Shown: positions 46,656 to 56,063, counted from the first letter of the stretch. The stretch: DNA of 64,000 bases from an uncultured Gammaproteobacteria bacterium (GCA_964540055.1 CAZILC010000006.1:8228-72227); one strand, 5' to 3'. Translations and numbers: made by a program. The notes: a model not told the origin generated them from the letters alone.

Positions 46656-47522
46656 TCATCCTGCCAAACGAATAGTACTATTTTTAATTATTATAAAACC
46701 TTCAGCTGCTAATTCATCAAGCAATTTCTGCAACCACTCTTTTTCATTATCTATATAATCTTTTTTAATGAGTAATCCCACATCTTGAATTGCTACTTTT
46801 TTCTTCTGCAACAATAATTTGAGAATCTGCCCTCGATAATATCTGCGAGACCCATGAAATTTTGATTGTTTAGGAATTGGAATTTTTTCTTTTTTCAACA
46901 TCGCAGCTGAATAATCCATCAATGCCTGATTCCATTCATAAGCCTTCCCTATTGGCAATAACTGGGTTGCTATTTCATACATTTTTTTGTCATCAATTTT
47001 ATTTTCCAAACTATCCTTACTATCTGATAACCTTAAGTTTTGTTTTTCTACTTTTTCTGAATTTAGAAGCTGTGTTAGGATAACTTTTCTCACATTTGTA
47101 TCCACCACCGCAATTTGCTGATCAAAAGCAAAACACAAAACTGCACGCGCGGTATACTGTCCAATTCCAGGTAAAGATACTAATTCTTTCTCATCTTCTG
47201 GAAATTTTCCATGATACTTTTCAGAAATAATTTCAGCTGTTTTTTTCAAATTAAGTGCACGTCTGTTGTACCCCAATCCGCTCCAATACTGAAGTACCTC
47301 AGCAACTTTTGCCTTTGCCAAACTTTGAACCGTTGGGAATTTCTCAAGCCAAGCTTCATATTTGGGAACAACACGGGAGAGTTGCGTTTGTTGAGACATA
47401 ACTTCAGAAATTAATATCTTGTATGGTTCTCTTGTTTCTCTCCAAGGCAAATCGCGTTGATTTTTTTGATACCACTCAAGAATAAGATTTTGGAAATCGA
47501 CAATTTTTTGTTGTGGAATCAT
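46656..47522 (-). CDS. HhH-GPD DNA glycosylase, MutY/Nth-like, lacking the 4Fe-4S cysteine cluster
   Basis: LPWRETREPYKILISEVMSQQTQ, the HhH-GPD region LPGIGQYTARAVLCFAF, and VVDTNV (catalytic Asp). The protein has a single Cys, so no Cx6Cx2Cx5C loop. The C-terminus is not NUDIX-like. Confidence 0.75.
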   Translation of the reverse strand: MIPQQKIVDFQNLILEWYQKNQRDLPWRETREPYKILISEVMSQQTQLSRVVPKYEAWLEKFPTVQSLAKAKVAEVLQYWSGLGYNRRALNLKKTAEIISEKYHGKFPEDEKELVSLPGIGQYTARAVLCFAFDQQIAVVDTNVRKVILTQLLNSEKVEKQNLRLSDSKDSLENKIDDKKMYEIATQLLPIGKAYEWNQALMDYSAAMLKKEKIPIPKQSKFHGSRRYYRGQILKLLLQKKKVAIQDVGLLIKKDYIDNEKEWLQKLLDELAAEGFIIIKNSTIRLAG

Positions 47523-47537
47523 TTTTGTATTCTAGCA
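47520..47537 (-). promoter_or_regulatory. Extended -10 promoter with leaderless ATG (MutY-like)
   Basis: Minus strand reads TGCTAGAAT-acaaaa-ATG. Confidence 0.5.
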
Positions 47538-47589
47538 AATAAAATATGAACTTTAAAACAGTTATTATTACTCATATATAAAATATCCA

Positions 47590-47607
47590 TGATATACTTG
47601 ATAAATG
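47590..47607 (+). promoter_or_regulatory. Extended -10 promoter with leaderless ATG (EEP nuclease)
   Basis: TGATATACT-tgataa-ATG. Confidence 0.5.
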
Positions 47608-48381
47608 TTACTTAAAATCTTACAGCTCAATATGAATGCAAATAACTACTGGAATACTTTAATTCCATTTCTTACCTCACATAATTTTGACATTATTAAT
47701 TTACAAGAATTAACAGGAAAAAACACAGTGAGTGGAAATATGAATTCACAAATCGATGTCTTTGAAGAATTACAAAAAATACTTTCTACTCAATACAACG
47801 GTGAACTTTCAATCAATACACGATACTCATCAGATCCCCAAAATTCATATATGGGAAACGCAATTTTTTATAAAAAAACATTTACCTTAAAAGGTGAACA
47901 TATTTTGACCCTCCATAAAAGAACTGAACCATTCCCTGCAGTACTTACTCACTATGAAGAATTAGGAAGAACTGCAATGCATTTAAAATTAGCTATTGAT
48001 GGTACAATCATTTCAATTATTAATGCTCATCTTGCCTGGGCAAAAACACCAGTTGAGGAGCCGCATCAAACAAAACAAGGAGAAAAATTCTTAGAATTTT
48101 TAAAAACAATTCACTTACCATTTATCCTAACAGGAGACTTTAATTTGGACCCTGATCAACCGCTAGTCCAAAAAATAAATAAATTGGCAAGAAATCTTAC
48201 AAGTGAATTTCATGTTACCAATACGTTAAATCCTCGAACTCATCGCGCAAAAGTACTTTTTCCAAAAGGAGTTGCAGTTGATTATATATATATTAGTAAC
48301 GATTTGAAAGTAAAAAATTTTTCAGTTATTGAGGAAGATATTTCTGATCATTTGGGATTGATTGCTGAAATAGAAATTTAA
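47605..48381 (+). CDS. Endonuclease/exonuclease/phosphatase (EEP) family protein
   Basis: ILQLNM...IINLQEL at the N-terminus, TGDFN, and a C-terminal SDH motif (DISDHLGL). Confidence 0.8.
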   Translation: MLLKILQLNMNANNYWNTLIPFLTSHNFDIINLQELTGKNTVSGNMNSQIDVFEELQKILSTQYNGELSINTRYSSDPQNSYMGNAIFYKKTFTLKGEHILTLHKRTEPFPAVLTHYEELGRTAMHLKLAIDGTIISIINAHLAWAKTPVEEPHQTKQGEKFLEFLKTIHLPFILTGDFNLDPDQPLVQKINKLARNLTSEFHVTNTLNPRTHRAKVLFPKGVAVDYIYISNDLKVKNFSVIEEDISDHLGLIAEIEI

Positions 48382-49385
48382 AGTAATCCCATTTTTTCTC
48401 TCACTTCTTTTACTGTCTCTTTAGCAATCGCGCTTGCCTTTTCATTCCCTTCTTCTATAATACGGTCAACTTCTTGAGGGTTGCTCTCCAGCTCTTTTCG
48501 TTTTTCTTGGATTGGTTGAAGTTGGTTGTAAATGGCTTGGGATAATTCCCTCTTTAAATCACCATATCGTATGCCTTCATGCTGATAGTCTTTTTCATAT
48601 TCTTTACGTTTGTCTTCACCTTGAAATAATTGTACAAAGGAAAGAAGTGCTGAAACTCCTACTGGCATTGCCTCAAGACTTCCCTTTCCAGAGTCAGTTG
48701 GAGCTTTAGCTAATTTTCCTTTAATAGTTTCCAAATCATCTGTAAGGTTAATAAAACTTCCCTCAACACTTTTACTCATCTTACCTTCCCCCGTCAAAGA
48801 TGGCACATACTCTCCAGTTGTTTTAAATGTCTGGGGTTCGGGAAAATCTGTTCCAAAATCTTGATTCATACGTCGGGCAATTTCTCTTGCAACTTCCAAA
48901 TGAGGTTCCTGATCAACCCCCACTGGCACTGATGATGCCTTATATGCCAAAATGTCAGCAGTCATTAAAATTGGATAATTCAGAAGAGCCATTGTTGAAT
49001 GTTGAGGATGTTGTTTTACTTTGTCTTTAAACGTTGGCAGATGCTGCATTTTTGCAATAGTTACGACGCTTGAAAGATAAAATGCCAATTCTGGATGATG
49101 AGGATTTGCTGCTTGCTGAAATAGTATACTTTTTTGTGGATCAAGACCTGCAGCAAGATAATCAACTATCACTTCCCGCCGATTTTTTTTTAATTCTTCA
49201 ACATTATATGGTGTCGTAATGGAATGCAAATCTGCAACCATATAGAGAGTTTCATAATCCGGATCATCTTGCAAAGCAAGCATTCCTTTAATAGCTCCTA
49301 GATAATTTCCCAAATGCAATCTACCTGTTGCGCGTATTCCTGATAAAACTCGTTTCTTCATACTGTTGTATTGTATGTCATCCAC
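48378..49385 (-). CDS. trpS: Tryptophanyl-tRNA synthetase (start 49385 or 49361)
   Basis: GIRATGRLHLGNYLGA (HIGH-type) and KMSKS (GEGKMSKSV) class I motifs. Size is typical of TrpRS. Confidence 0.95.
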   Translation of the reverse strand: MDDIQYNSMKKRVLSGIRATGRLHLGNYLGAIKGMLALQDDPDYETLYMVADLHSITTPYNVEELKKNRREVIVDYLAAGLDPQKSILFQQAANPHHPELAFYLSSVVTIAKMQHLPTFKDKVKQHPQHSTMALLNYPILMTADILAYKASSVPVGVDQEPHLEVAREIARRMNQDFGTDFPEPQTFKTTGEYVPSLTGEGKMSKSVEGSFINLTDDLETIKGKLAKAPTDSGKGSLEAMPVGVSALLSFVQLFQGEDKRKEYEKDYQHEGIRYGDLKRELSQAIYNQLQPIQEKRKELESNPQEVDRIIEEGNEKASAIAKETVKEVREKMGLL

Positions 49386-49390
49386 AAAAC

Positions 49391-50188
49391 TTATTCAATG
49401 GATAAGTCTTTGATAAATTGTTTTATTGATTCAGCTCTCTTATTTTTATTAGTTTTATTAATAACATCAATAATTGCACTTCCAACAATCGCAATATCTG
49501 AATAACCCCTTAGCATTTGAATGTGTTCTTTTTGCGAAATTCCAAAACCAACAGCAACTGGAATTGAAAAATATTTTTTTATTTTTTTAAGATAGGTCAT
49601 AAGTTGGGGATCCAATTCTTTTTTTGCGCCAGTTGTTCCTTGTTTCGCAGTGAAGTATACAAACCCTCTAGCTTGTGATGCTATTTTGCTAAGCCGTCCT
49701 TCTGTTGAGGCAGGTGAAACTACATAGATTGGATATAATTCGAACTTTTTTGCAAACGCATAAAAATGTTCATACGCTTCTTCATCAATCGGCATATCCG
49801 GAACAATCAAACCACCTGCACCTGCATTTTTTGCATCATGGCAAAATTTTCCAACACCATATCGAAAAATAGTATTATAATATGCCATAAAAAGAAGGGG
49901 TATACTAACTTCTGAAGAAAGCGTTTTCATAACTTGAAACGCATCTTTCACTTTTGTACCATTTGCCAGCGATTCTTCACATGCTCTCATAATAGTTGGC
50001 CCATCAGCCAGGGGATCTGAAAACGGAATTTGTAATTCGACAAAATCGGCCCCACTCTCAACCATTGTTTTAACAAGAGTTACTGTTTCTTCCAGACTTG
50101 GATAACCGATAACTACATGCGTCATCAGCCCCATTCGATTCTCTTTTTTTATTGCTATTAACTGTTGATCAATATTATTCATAACCAT
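49391..50188 (-). CDS. trpA: Tryptophan synthase alpha chain
   Basis: GADFVELQIPFSDPLADGPTI and the VGFGIS region. Confidence 0.9.
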   Translation of the reverse strand: MVMNNIDQQLIAIKKENRMGLMTHVVIGYPSLEETVTLVKTMVESGADFVELQIPFSDPLADGPTIMRACEESLANGTKVKDAFQVMKTLSSEVSIPLLFMAYYNTIFRYGVGKFCHDAKNAGAGGLIVPDMPIDEEAYEHFYAFAKKFELYPIYVVSPASTEGRLSKIASQARGFVYFTAKQGTTGAKKELDPQLMTYLKKIKKYFSIPVAVGFGISQKEHIQMLRGYSDIAIVGSAIIDVINKTNKNKRAESIKQFIKDLSIE

Positions 50189-51392
50189 TTTTTACTTCCT
50201 CTTTAAGAAACTCATAAAACTTTTTATCTTTAAAAGCTTTCGTCAGAATAAACAAATCCTTGTCTCCCCTACCTGATACATTTACAACAATTATTTTATT
50301 TTTAGAAAGAGACGGTGCAAGTTTTATTGCGTAAGCAACTGCGTGAGCAGATTCTAGAGCTGGAATAATTCCTTCAGTTCGTGCCAATGTTTTCACTGCA
50401 GCCAATACCTCATTATCAGATGCAGATACAAATGAAACTCTTCCAGAATCATGTAAATAACTAAGTTCCGGACCAATACCGGGATAATCAAGACCCGCTG
50501 AAATGCTATGTGTTTTTTGCAAATTTCCATCACTGTCTTGCAAAAAATATGATTTGTACCCTTCAACGACCCCCACTTTTCCGTTTAAAAACCTGACAGC
50601 ATGTTCCCCCACCTTTTTCCCTTTACCACCTGCCTCGACACCGATTAAGCTAACACTTTCTTCTTTTATAAACTTTGTAAATGCTCCCATTGCATTGCTG
50701 CCACCACCGACACAAGCTATTACATAATCCGGCAAAATTTTCTCCTGTTCGCGAAGTTGCTCTTTTATTTCTTTTCCTACAATTGACTGAAAATCACGAT
50801 TCATAGTCGGAAATGGATGTGGACCGAGCGCTGATCCAAGCAAGTAATGTGTATCTTGTACATTTTCTATCCAATCTTTTAGAGCAGCATTTACCGCATC
50901 TTTCAGTGTTTTAGTTCCTGCATCAACGGAAATAACCGTTGCTCCCAATTGCTCCATTAGAAAAACATTTGGACGCTGTCTGGCAATATCAACAGCTCCC
51001 ATATAAACAGTGCAAGAGAATCCTAATTTTGCAGCAACCGTTGCAGTTGCTACGCCATGTTGTCCAGCACCTGTTTCCGCAATCAATCTTTTTTTACCCA
51101 ATCTTTTAGCAATCAACCCCTGCCCTATGCAATGTGTTATTTTATGTGCACCTGTATGATTATGCCCCTCATTTTTTAAATAAATTTTTGCCCCACCCAG
51201 TTCTTTTGTTAGATTTTCTGCAAAAACAAGAGGAGTCGGTCTTCCAGAAAAGTTTGTAAGCAAATTCTTAAACTCTTTCTGAAACTTTGGATCTGTCTTG
51301 GCAGTCCCGTATTCTTTTTCCAATTCAATAAGAGCTGGCATCAACATTTCCGGTACATATCTTCCACCATATTGTCCAAAATGGCTTTTCAT
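50175..51392 (-). CDS. trpB: Tryptophan synthase beta chain
   Basis: FGQYGGRYVPE, HTGAHKIT (PLP lysine) and GGGSNAMG motifs. Confidence 0.95.
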   Translation of the reverse strand: MKSHFGQYGGRYVPEMLMPALIELEKEYGTAKTDPKFQKEFKNLLTNFSGRPTPLVFAENLTKELGGAKIYLKNEGHNHTGAHKITHCIGQGLIAKRLGKKRLIAETGAGQHGVATATVAAKLGFSCTVYMGAVDIARQRPNVFLMEQLGATVISVDAGTKTLKDAVNAALKDWIENVQDTHYLLGSALGPHPFPTMNRDFQSIVGKEIKEQLREQEKILPDYVIACVGGGSNAMGAFTKFIKEESVSLIGVEAGGKGKKVGEHAVRFLNGKVGVVEGYKSYFLQDSDGNLQKTHSISAGLDYPGIGPELSYLHDSGRVSFVSASDNEVLAAVKTLARTEGIIPALESAHAVAYAIKLAPSLSKNKIIVVNVSGRGDKDLFILTKAFKDKKFYEFLKEEVKNGYE

Positions 51393-51979
51393 ATTTCTAC
51401 TCCTTTCGCATTAATAATAAACTGTTTTATTTTCTGCAAATCTTCCCTGCCGTTTGTTTCAATTCCGGAAGCCACATCCACTGCAAATGGTTTCACTTTC
51501 TCAATTGCTATTGCTATATTATCCGGAGTCAAACCACCTGCAAAAAAAATAGCATTTTTTTCTGCCAGATCTTTTGCATATGTATAATCAACCATTTTCC
51601 CTTTTCCTTGAATTTTTCTATCTACGAGTAAAAATTGCGCATATATAGGTGTTATTTTTTGCATTCTGTTAATACTTTTTATTACCGGATAGTGTAACTG
51701 TTTGATGTATGTATCATCTTCATTCCCATGTAATTGAATATAATCCAAATTAAGTTTTTGTGCTATACTTTTTACTTCCCGTATGTCAGCATTTCTAAAT
51801 ACTCCCACAATTTTTATTTTACCTCTGATTTGATTAATTATCTTTAAGCTTTTTTCCGGGTCAATATATCGACCTGCTGATGGTACAAAATTAAAACCGA
51901 TAAATTCCGCACCTTCATTACTAGCAACAAGTGCTGATTCCAAACTTCGAATACCACAAATTTTTACTTTCACTTTCAT
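51389..51979 (-). CDS. trpF: Phosphoribosylanthranilate isomerase
   Basis: VKICGI...GAEFIGFNFVPS...QLHG...FAGGLTPDN pattern, and its position between trpC and trpB. Confidence 0.85.
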   Translation of the reverse strand: MKVKVKICGIRSLESALVASNEGAEFIGFNFVPSAGRYIDPEKSLKIINQIRGKIKIVGVFRNADIREVKSIAQKLNLDYIQLHGNEDDTYIKQLHYPVIKSINRMQKITPIYAQFLLVDRKIQGKGKMVDYTYAKDLAEKNAIFFAGGLTPDNIAIAIEKVKPFAVDVASGIETNGREDLQKIKQFIINAKGVEI

Positions 51980-52755
51980 ATTTTTAAATCATTTATAAAA
52001 CTTTTAATATCATTTGCTTGCATCAAACTTGTTCCAACCAAAATGCCATTAACTCCTGAATTTTTATATAATGATACCTCTTTGTGTGATGTAACTCCCG
52101 AAAATCCTAGTTTAATAAATTTATCTGGAATTTTTTCAATTAGCTTGCATGCACGTGAAATATCAACAGTAAGAGTTTCTAAATCTCTTGCGTTAACTGC
52201 GATAATATTTGTATTTGTTGTAATAGTTTTTTTTAAATCCTCATCATTATTTATTTCAACAACAGGTTCAATATGTAATGACTGACAAAGCGAAACAAAT
52301 TCACTCAATTGTTTATCATTTACTAGTCTGGCTATTAATAATAAAGCATCAGAACCGGCTCGTTTAGCTTCATAAATTTGCTTTGAATCAATAATAAAAT
52401 CCTTTTGCAATATTGGAAGCGCTACTACTTTTCTAACTTGTGCCACAGTTTCTATATCCCCCTTAAAGAAATGTCGCTCAGTTATTAACGATATAACATC
52501 AGCACCTACATCTTCGTATTGTTTTGCCCGATCTAAAAGATCATCGCGTGATCCTAAATGCAAATTTGAAGGTGATGCAAATTTTATTTCGGCTATAATT
52601 TTTAACTTATTTTTTTGTGTTTGAAATACTTCTAAAAACTTTACATTTTTTGCATATTGTCCCTCATGCACAACTTTTTTTTCAGTTTTATGAGATAATT
52701 CTTCTCTTTTGATTTTAACAATCTCTTGTAAAAAATTTTGATTTTTTTTAAGCAT
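51976..52755 (-). CDS. trpC: Indole-3-glycerol phosphate synthase
   Basis: IIAEIKFASPS, ISLITERHFFKG, ILQKDFI and AVNARDL motifs. Confidence 0.9.
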   Translation of the reverse strand: MLKKNQNFLQEIVKIKREELSHKTEKKVVHEGQYAKNVKFLEVFQTQKNKLKIIAEIKFASPSNLHLGSRDDLLDRAKQYEDVGADVISLITERHFFKGDIETVAQVRKVVALPILQKDFIIDSKQIYEAKRAGSDALLLIARLVNDKQLSEFVSLCQSLHIEPVVEINNDEDLKKTITTNTNIIAVNARDLETLTVDISRACKLIEKIPDKFIKLGFSGVTSHKEVSLYKNSGVNGILVGTSLMQANDIKSFINDLKI

Positions 52756-53764
52756 ACTTATTTGTCTCCTTTATAAGGTTTTGTAAAACATTTTTTGCGT
52801 GTCCTTTATCAATAGATTCTTCTGCCAATTTTATTCCTTGATGAACATCTTTTACCTTTCCGGAAACCAACAAGGCAAATGCACTATTCAATACCACAAT
52901 ATCGCGTCTGGCATCTTTTTTACCCGCTAAAATTTCCTTAAGAATTTCTGCGTTCTCATTCACATCTCCACCTTGTATTGTTTTAATTTTTGATTTTTTT
53001 AAACCGAATTCTTGTGGATCTATTTTTCTCCTGCTGATTATGTTCCCTTTGATTTCAAATATAGTTGTTGTTTCATGCAATCCGATTTCATCCAATCCAC
53101 TTTCTCCCGCAATAAGTATGAGATGTTTATAATCAAGATTTACAGCAACTTTTGCCAATTTTTCAGCTAACGCAATTGATGGCACACCAATAATTTGCCT
53201 TTTGACTTGGGAAGGATTTAAAAAAGGTCCTAGATAATTAAAAACAGTTCGTGTGCCAAGAGCCTTTCGTACTGGACCGATTATTTTCATTGCCGGATGG
53301 TAAATAGGTGCAAAAAGAAAAACCATACCGACAGCATCGAAAACGGCTTTTGCCTGAACTGGCGTAAGCGTAATAGTAACACCTAATTCAGATAAAACGT
53401 CTGCACTGCCGCATTTGCTGCTTGCTGCTTTATTACCATGCTTAATAACTGGAAGTCCTACCCCAGCAACAACTAATGCAACAGCTGTTGAAATATTAAA
53501 TGTTCCCAGACCATCTCCACCTGTTCCACAGGTATCAATTGCATTTATAACTTTTGGAAATGAAATACTGTGTTTGCGCATAACATGGATTAATCCGCTT
53601 ATCTCATCAATTGTCTCCCCTTTCATACGGAGTGCCACAAGCAGGGCACTCAGTTGAATTTCCGACATTTCTCCTCTTATACAACTATCTAAAAGAGATT
53701 CTATTTCAAAAGATTTCAAATCTTTTTTTTCAATTAATTTTTCAAGTAAATAAGTATCATTCAT
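52748..53764 (-). CDS. trpD: Anthranilate phosphoribosyltransferase
   Basis: DTCGTGGDGLGTFNISTA and KHGNKAASSKCGSADVLE signatures. Confidence 0.95.
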   Translation of the reverse strand: MNDTYLLEKLIEKKDLKSFEIESLLDSCIRGEMSEIQLSALLVALRMKGETIDEISGLIHVMRKHSISFPKVINAIDTCGTGGDGLGTFNISTAVALVVAGVGLPVIKHGNKAASSKCGSADVLSELGVTITLTPVQAKAVFDAVGMVFLFAPIYHPAMKIIGPVRKALGTRTVFNYLGPFLNPSQVKRQIIGVPSIALAEKLAKVAVNLDYKHLILIAGESGLDEIGLHETTTIFEIKGNIISRRKIDPQEFGLKKSKIKTIQGGDVNENAEILKEILAGKKDARRDIVVLNSAFALLVSGKVKDVHQGIKLAEESIDKGHAKNVLQNLIKETNKYA

Positions 53765-54362
53765 ATCTTTGTGTTAAAAAATTCTCAAGCATTTTTTTAC
53801 CGGCTTCTGTTGCAAAAGATTCAGGATGAAATTGTATTCCTTCAAGCGGCAATGTTTTATGCCGGATTCCCATTATTTCTCCCGTGTCCATTGCTTTTGC
53901 TGAAACTTCAAAACACTTTGGCAAACTTTTAGTTTCAATGATCAGTGAATGATAACGCATTACCTCAATGTCTTGAGGTATAGTTTTAAAAATACCTTTT
54001 TGATCATGAGAAATATTACTTACTTTTCCATGCATCGGTTTTATTGCCCGAACTACTTTACCACCAAAACAATACGCCATTCCCTGCATCCCAAGACAAA
54101 CTCCTAATACTGGAACTGTTTTACCAATCTCTATTATTACTTCTTTACAAACACCAAAATATGCCGGATCACTGGGATCCCCAGGACCAGGAGAAATAAC
54201 TATCTTGTCATACTTTCTTTTTTTAATTTGGTTCAGCGTAATTTTGTCATTGCGAAAAACATCAATAATGAAATTGATTTCTTTTTGTTGCAGTACCTCA
54301 CCAATGTATTGGTAAAGGTTAAAAGTAAAAGAATCGTAATTATCAATAAGTAACACATTCAT
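53757..54362 (-). CDS. trpG: Anthranilate synthase component II (glutamine amidotransferase)
   Basis: IDNYDSFTFNL, GVCLGMQ (catalytic Cys) and the FHPES region. Confidence 0.9.
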   Translation of the reverse strand: MNVLLIDNYDSFTFNLYQYIGEVLQQKEINFIIDVFRNDKITLNQIKKRKYDKIVISPGPGDPSDPAYFGVCKEVIIEIGKTVPVLGVCLGMQGMAYCFGGKVVRAIKPMHGKVSNISHDQKGIFKTIPQDIEVMRYHSLIIETKSLPKCFEVSAKAMDTGEIMGIRHKTLPLEGIQFHPESFATEAGKKMLENFLTQRYE

Positions 54363-55708
54363 GATTCCAATACCTCTCTCATAGCTGCTAATTTATTTTG
54401 AATTTCTTCATATTCTTTCTGTGCAACCGAATCTGCAACAATCCCTCCACTTGTTTGTGCATAGCCATAATTGTCTGAAACAAAAAATGAACGAAGAGCG
54501 AGCGCAAAAGTGCAATCACCATTAAATCCAAAATGTCCCACACCACCACCGTAAGGACCGCGAGCATCAGGTTCATTGGCATCTATAATTTTAATCGTTT
54601 CAATTCGTGGTGTTCCGCAAACAGTCGGCATCGGGAAATTACTTGCCAGACCTGAAAACATATCTTCATTCGGACGAATTAATCCTACTACTTCACTGGA
54701 AATATGCTGCACATGACTAAATTGTTTAATTGTCATAAGATTACGGACCTTTACTGTCCCAAATTTAGCAACTTTTCCGATATCATTTCGATGCATATCA
54801 ACAATCATTGTGTGCTCTGCTCGTTCTTTAGGATCATTGAGTAATTGCCGAACCAAACGTTGATCTTCTTTTGCATCTTTTCCACGCTTTATGGTACCCG
54901 CAAGTGGATTGCTCGTCATTTCACCATCCCTGAGTGAGAAAAGTAACTCAGGACTCGCACCAATTATTTTCTTATCACCGAATTTTACATAATACATAAA
55001 CGGTGAAGGATTAATACGTCGCAACCGTTCATATATCTGCAATGTATCACCGCTCACTTTATATTCTGTTTTAAAACCAACTTCGCACTGAAATGTTTTT
55101 CCTGATAAGATTAATTCTTTAACGCGGTTAACAATGGCTGCATGTTCTTCTTTTGTTAAGCTGTTTCTTATAAATTGAGCACTGAATTTTTGTGGTACAA
55201 TCTTTTTTTTCAGCATTTTATAAATAATATTGCTCCGGTCATTTTGATAATAAAAGTAAAAAACTTCATTGGTTAATTTGTCATAAACTAGTCCATCAGT
55301 ATAAACACCAAAAAGAAATTGATCGAATTTGTCATGAACTTTTGCATTGAGAGAAGTTTCAATATAATTAACTGCTTCATAACTCAAATATCCAACAAGT
55401 CCTCCTGTATATTCTCTGGTAATAGTTTTTTGTGGCATCATTTGTCGGAGAGCATCATAAGGATTTGAGACATGATATTGTATAGTATCTATCGTTAATA
55501 CATTTTCCTTTGCAGAAATTATGTTATCTGGATCAAATCCTATTATCGAATAACGCGAGAACTTCGCTTCCTCTCCAAGCGATTCATATAGAAAACATGT
55601 TGAGAACTCACTGTCAATTTTTCGAAACAATTCAAAAAAATCAATATCATCTGCTATTTTTGTATAATTCGGTTTTTGTCCGATTTTGATTTTTGGTAAT
55701 TTTTTCAT
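54359..55708 (-). CDS. trpE: Anthranilate synthase component I
   Basis: Chorismate-binding C-terminal domain (GASPELL, GTIKRG, PMPTVCGTP, RGPYGGGVG). Confidence 0.95.
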   Translation of the reverse strand: MKKLPKIKIGQKPNYTKIADDIDFFELFRKIDSEFSTCFLYESLGEEAKFSRYSIIGFDPDNIISAKENVLTIDTIQYHVSNPYDALRQMMPQKTITREYTGGLVGYLSYEAVNYIETSLNAKVHDKFDQFLFGVYTDGLVYDKLTNEVFYFYYQNDRSNIIYKMLKKKIVPQKFSAQFIRNSLTKEEHAAIVNRVKELILSGKTFQCEVGFKTEYKVSGDTLQIYERLRRINPSPFMYYVKFGDKKIIGASPELLFSLRDGEMTSNPLAGTIKRGKDAKEDQRLVRQLLNDPKERAEHTMIVDMHRNDIGKVAKFGTVKVRNLMTIKQFSHVQHISSEVVGLIRPNEDMFSGLASNFPMPTVCGTPRIETIKIIDANEPDARGPYGGGVGHFGFNGDCTFALALRSFFVSDNYGYAQTSGGIVADSVAQKEYEEIQNKLAAMREVLES

Positions 55709-55744
55709 AAATTAAAAATAAAAAACCTCTCGCTATGAGAGGTT
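55709..55744 (-). terminator. Intrinsic terminator/attenuator between the trpR-like gene and trpE
   Basis: Minus-strand RNA reads AACCUCUC-AUAGC-GAGAGGUU (perfect 8-bp stem), followed by UUUUAUUUUUAAUUU and then the trpE AUG. Confidence 0.7.
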
Positions 55745-55778
55745 CATTGTTATATTTATATACCTTTAAACACGACAA

Positions 55779-56063
55779 TCAGCCTCTCAAGGAAGACAAA
55801 TTGCGCCACCAAGTAGTTTTTTGAATATTTCCCCGTTGTATTTCTTGTGAACCGCGTGTCACAGTCGCGACACCAACACCGACCTTCTCGGCTATTTCAT
55901 GTTGTGCTGTGCCTTTTTTTAATAACTTAAAAATTTCCAAACGCTTTGGGAGTTCTTCCAATTCTTTCTGAGTTAAAAGCCCATGCAGCAAAGCATCCAG
56001 TTCTTTTTTATTTTTTACATGAATTAACGAATTAAGTAATTCTGAATATAACTGGTCATTCAT
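55779..56063 (-). CDS. TrpR-like (YerC/YecD-family) helix-turn-helix protein
   Basis: 94 aa. LTQKELEELPKRLEIFKLLKKGTAQHEIAEKVGVGVATVTRGS matches the TrpR/YerC HTH layout. It lies directly upstream of trpE and its C-terminus contains WW. Confidence 0.7.
   Translation of the reverse strand: MNDQLYSELLNSLIHVKNKKELDALLHGLLTQKELEELPKRLEIFKLLKKGTAQHEIAEKVGVGVATVTRGSQEIQRGNIQKTTWWRNLSSLRG

Noticed and set aside
55733-55747. Mini-ORF AUG-AAC-CUC-UCA-UAG overlapping the 5' arm of the trp terminator as a leader peptide
   Set aside because: It has no Trp codons, no SD and no promoter context. The WW codons in the upstream trpR-like ORF are the better candidate sensor.
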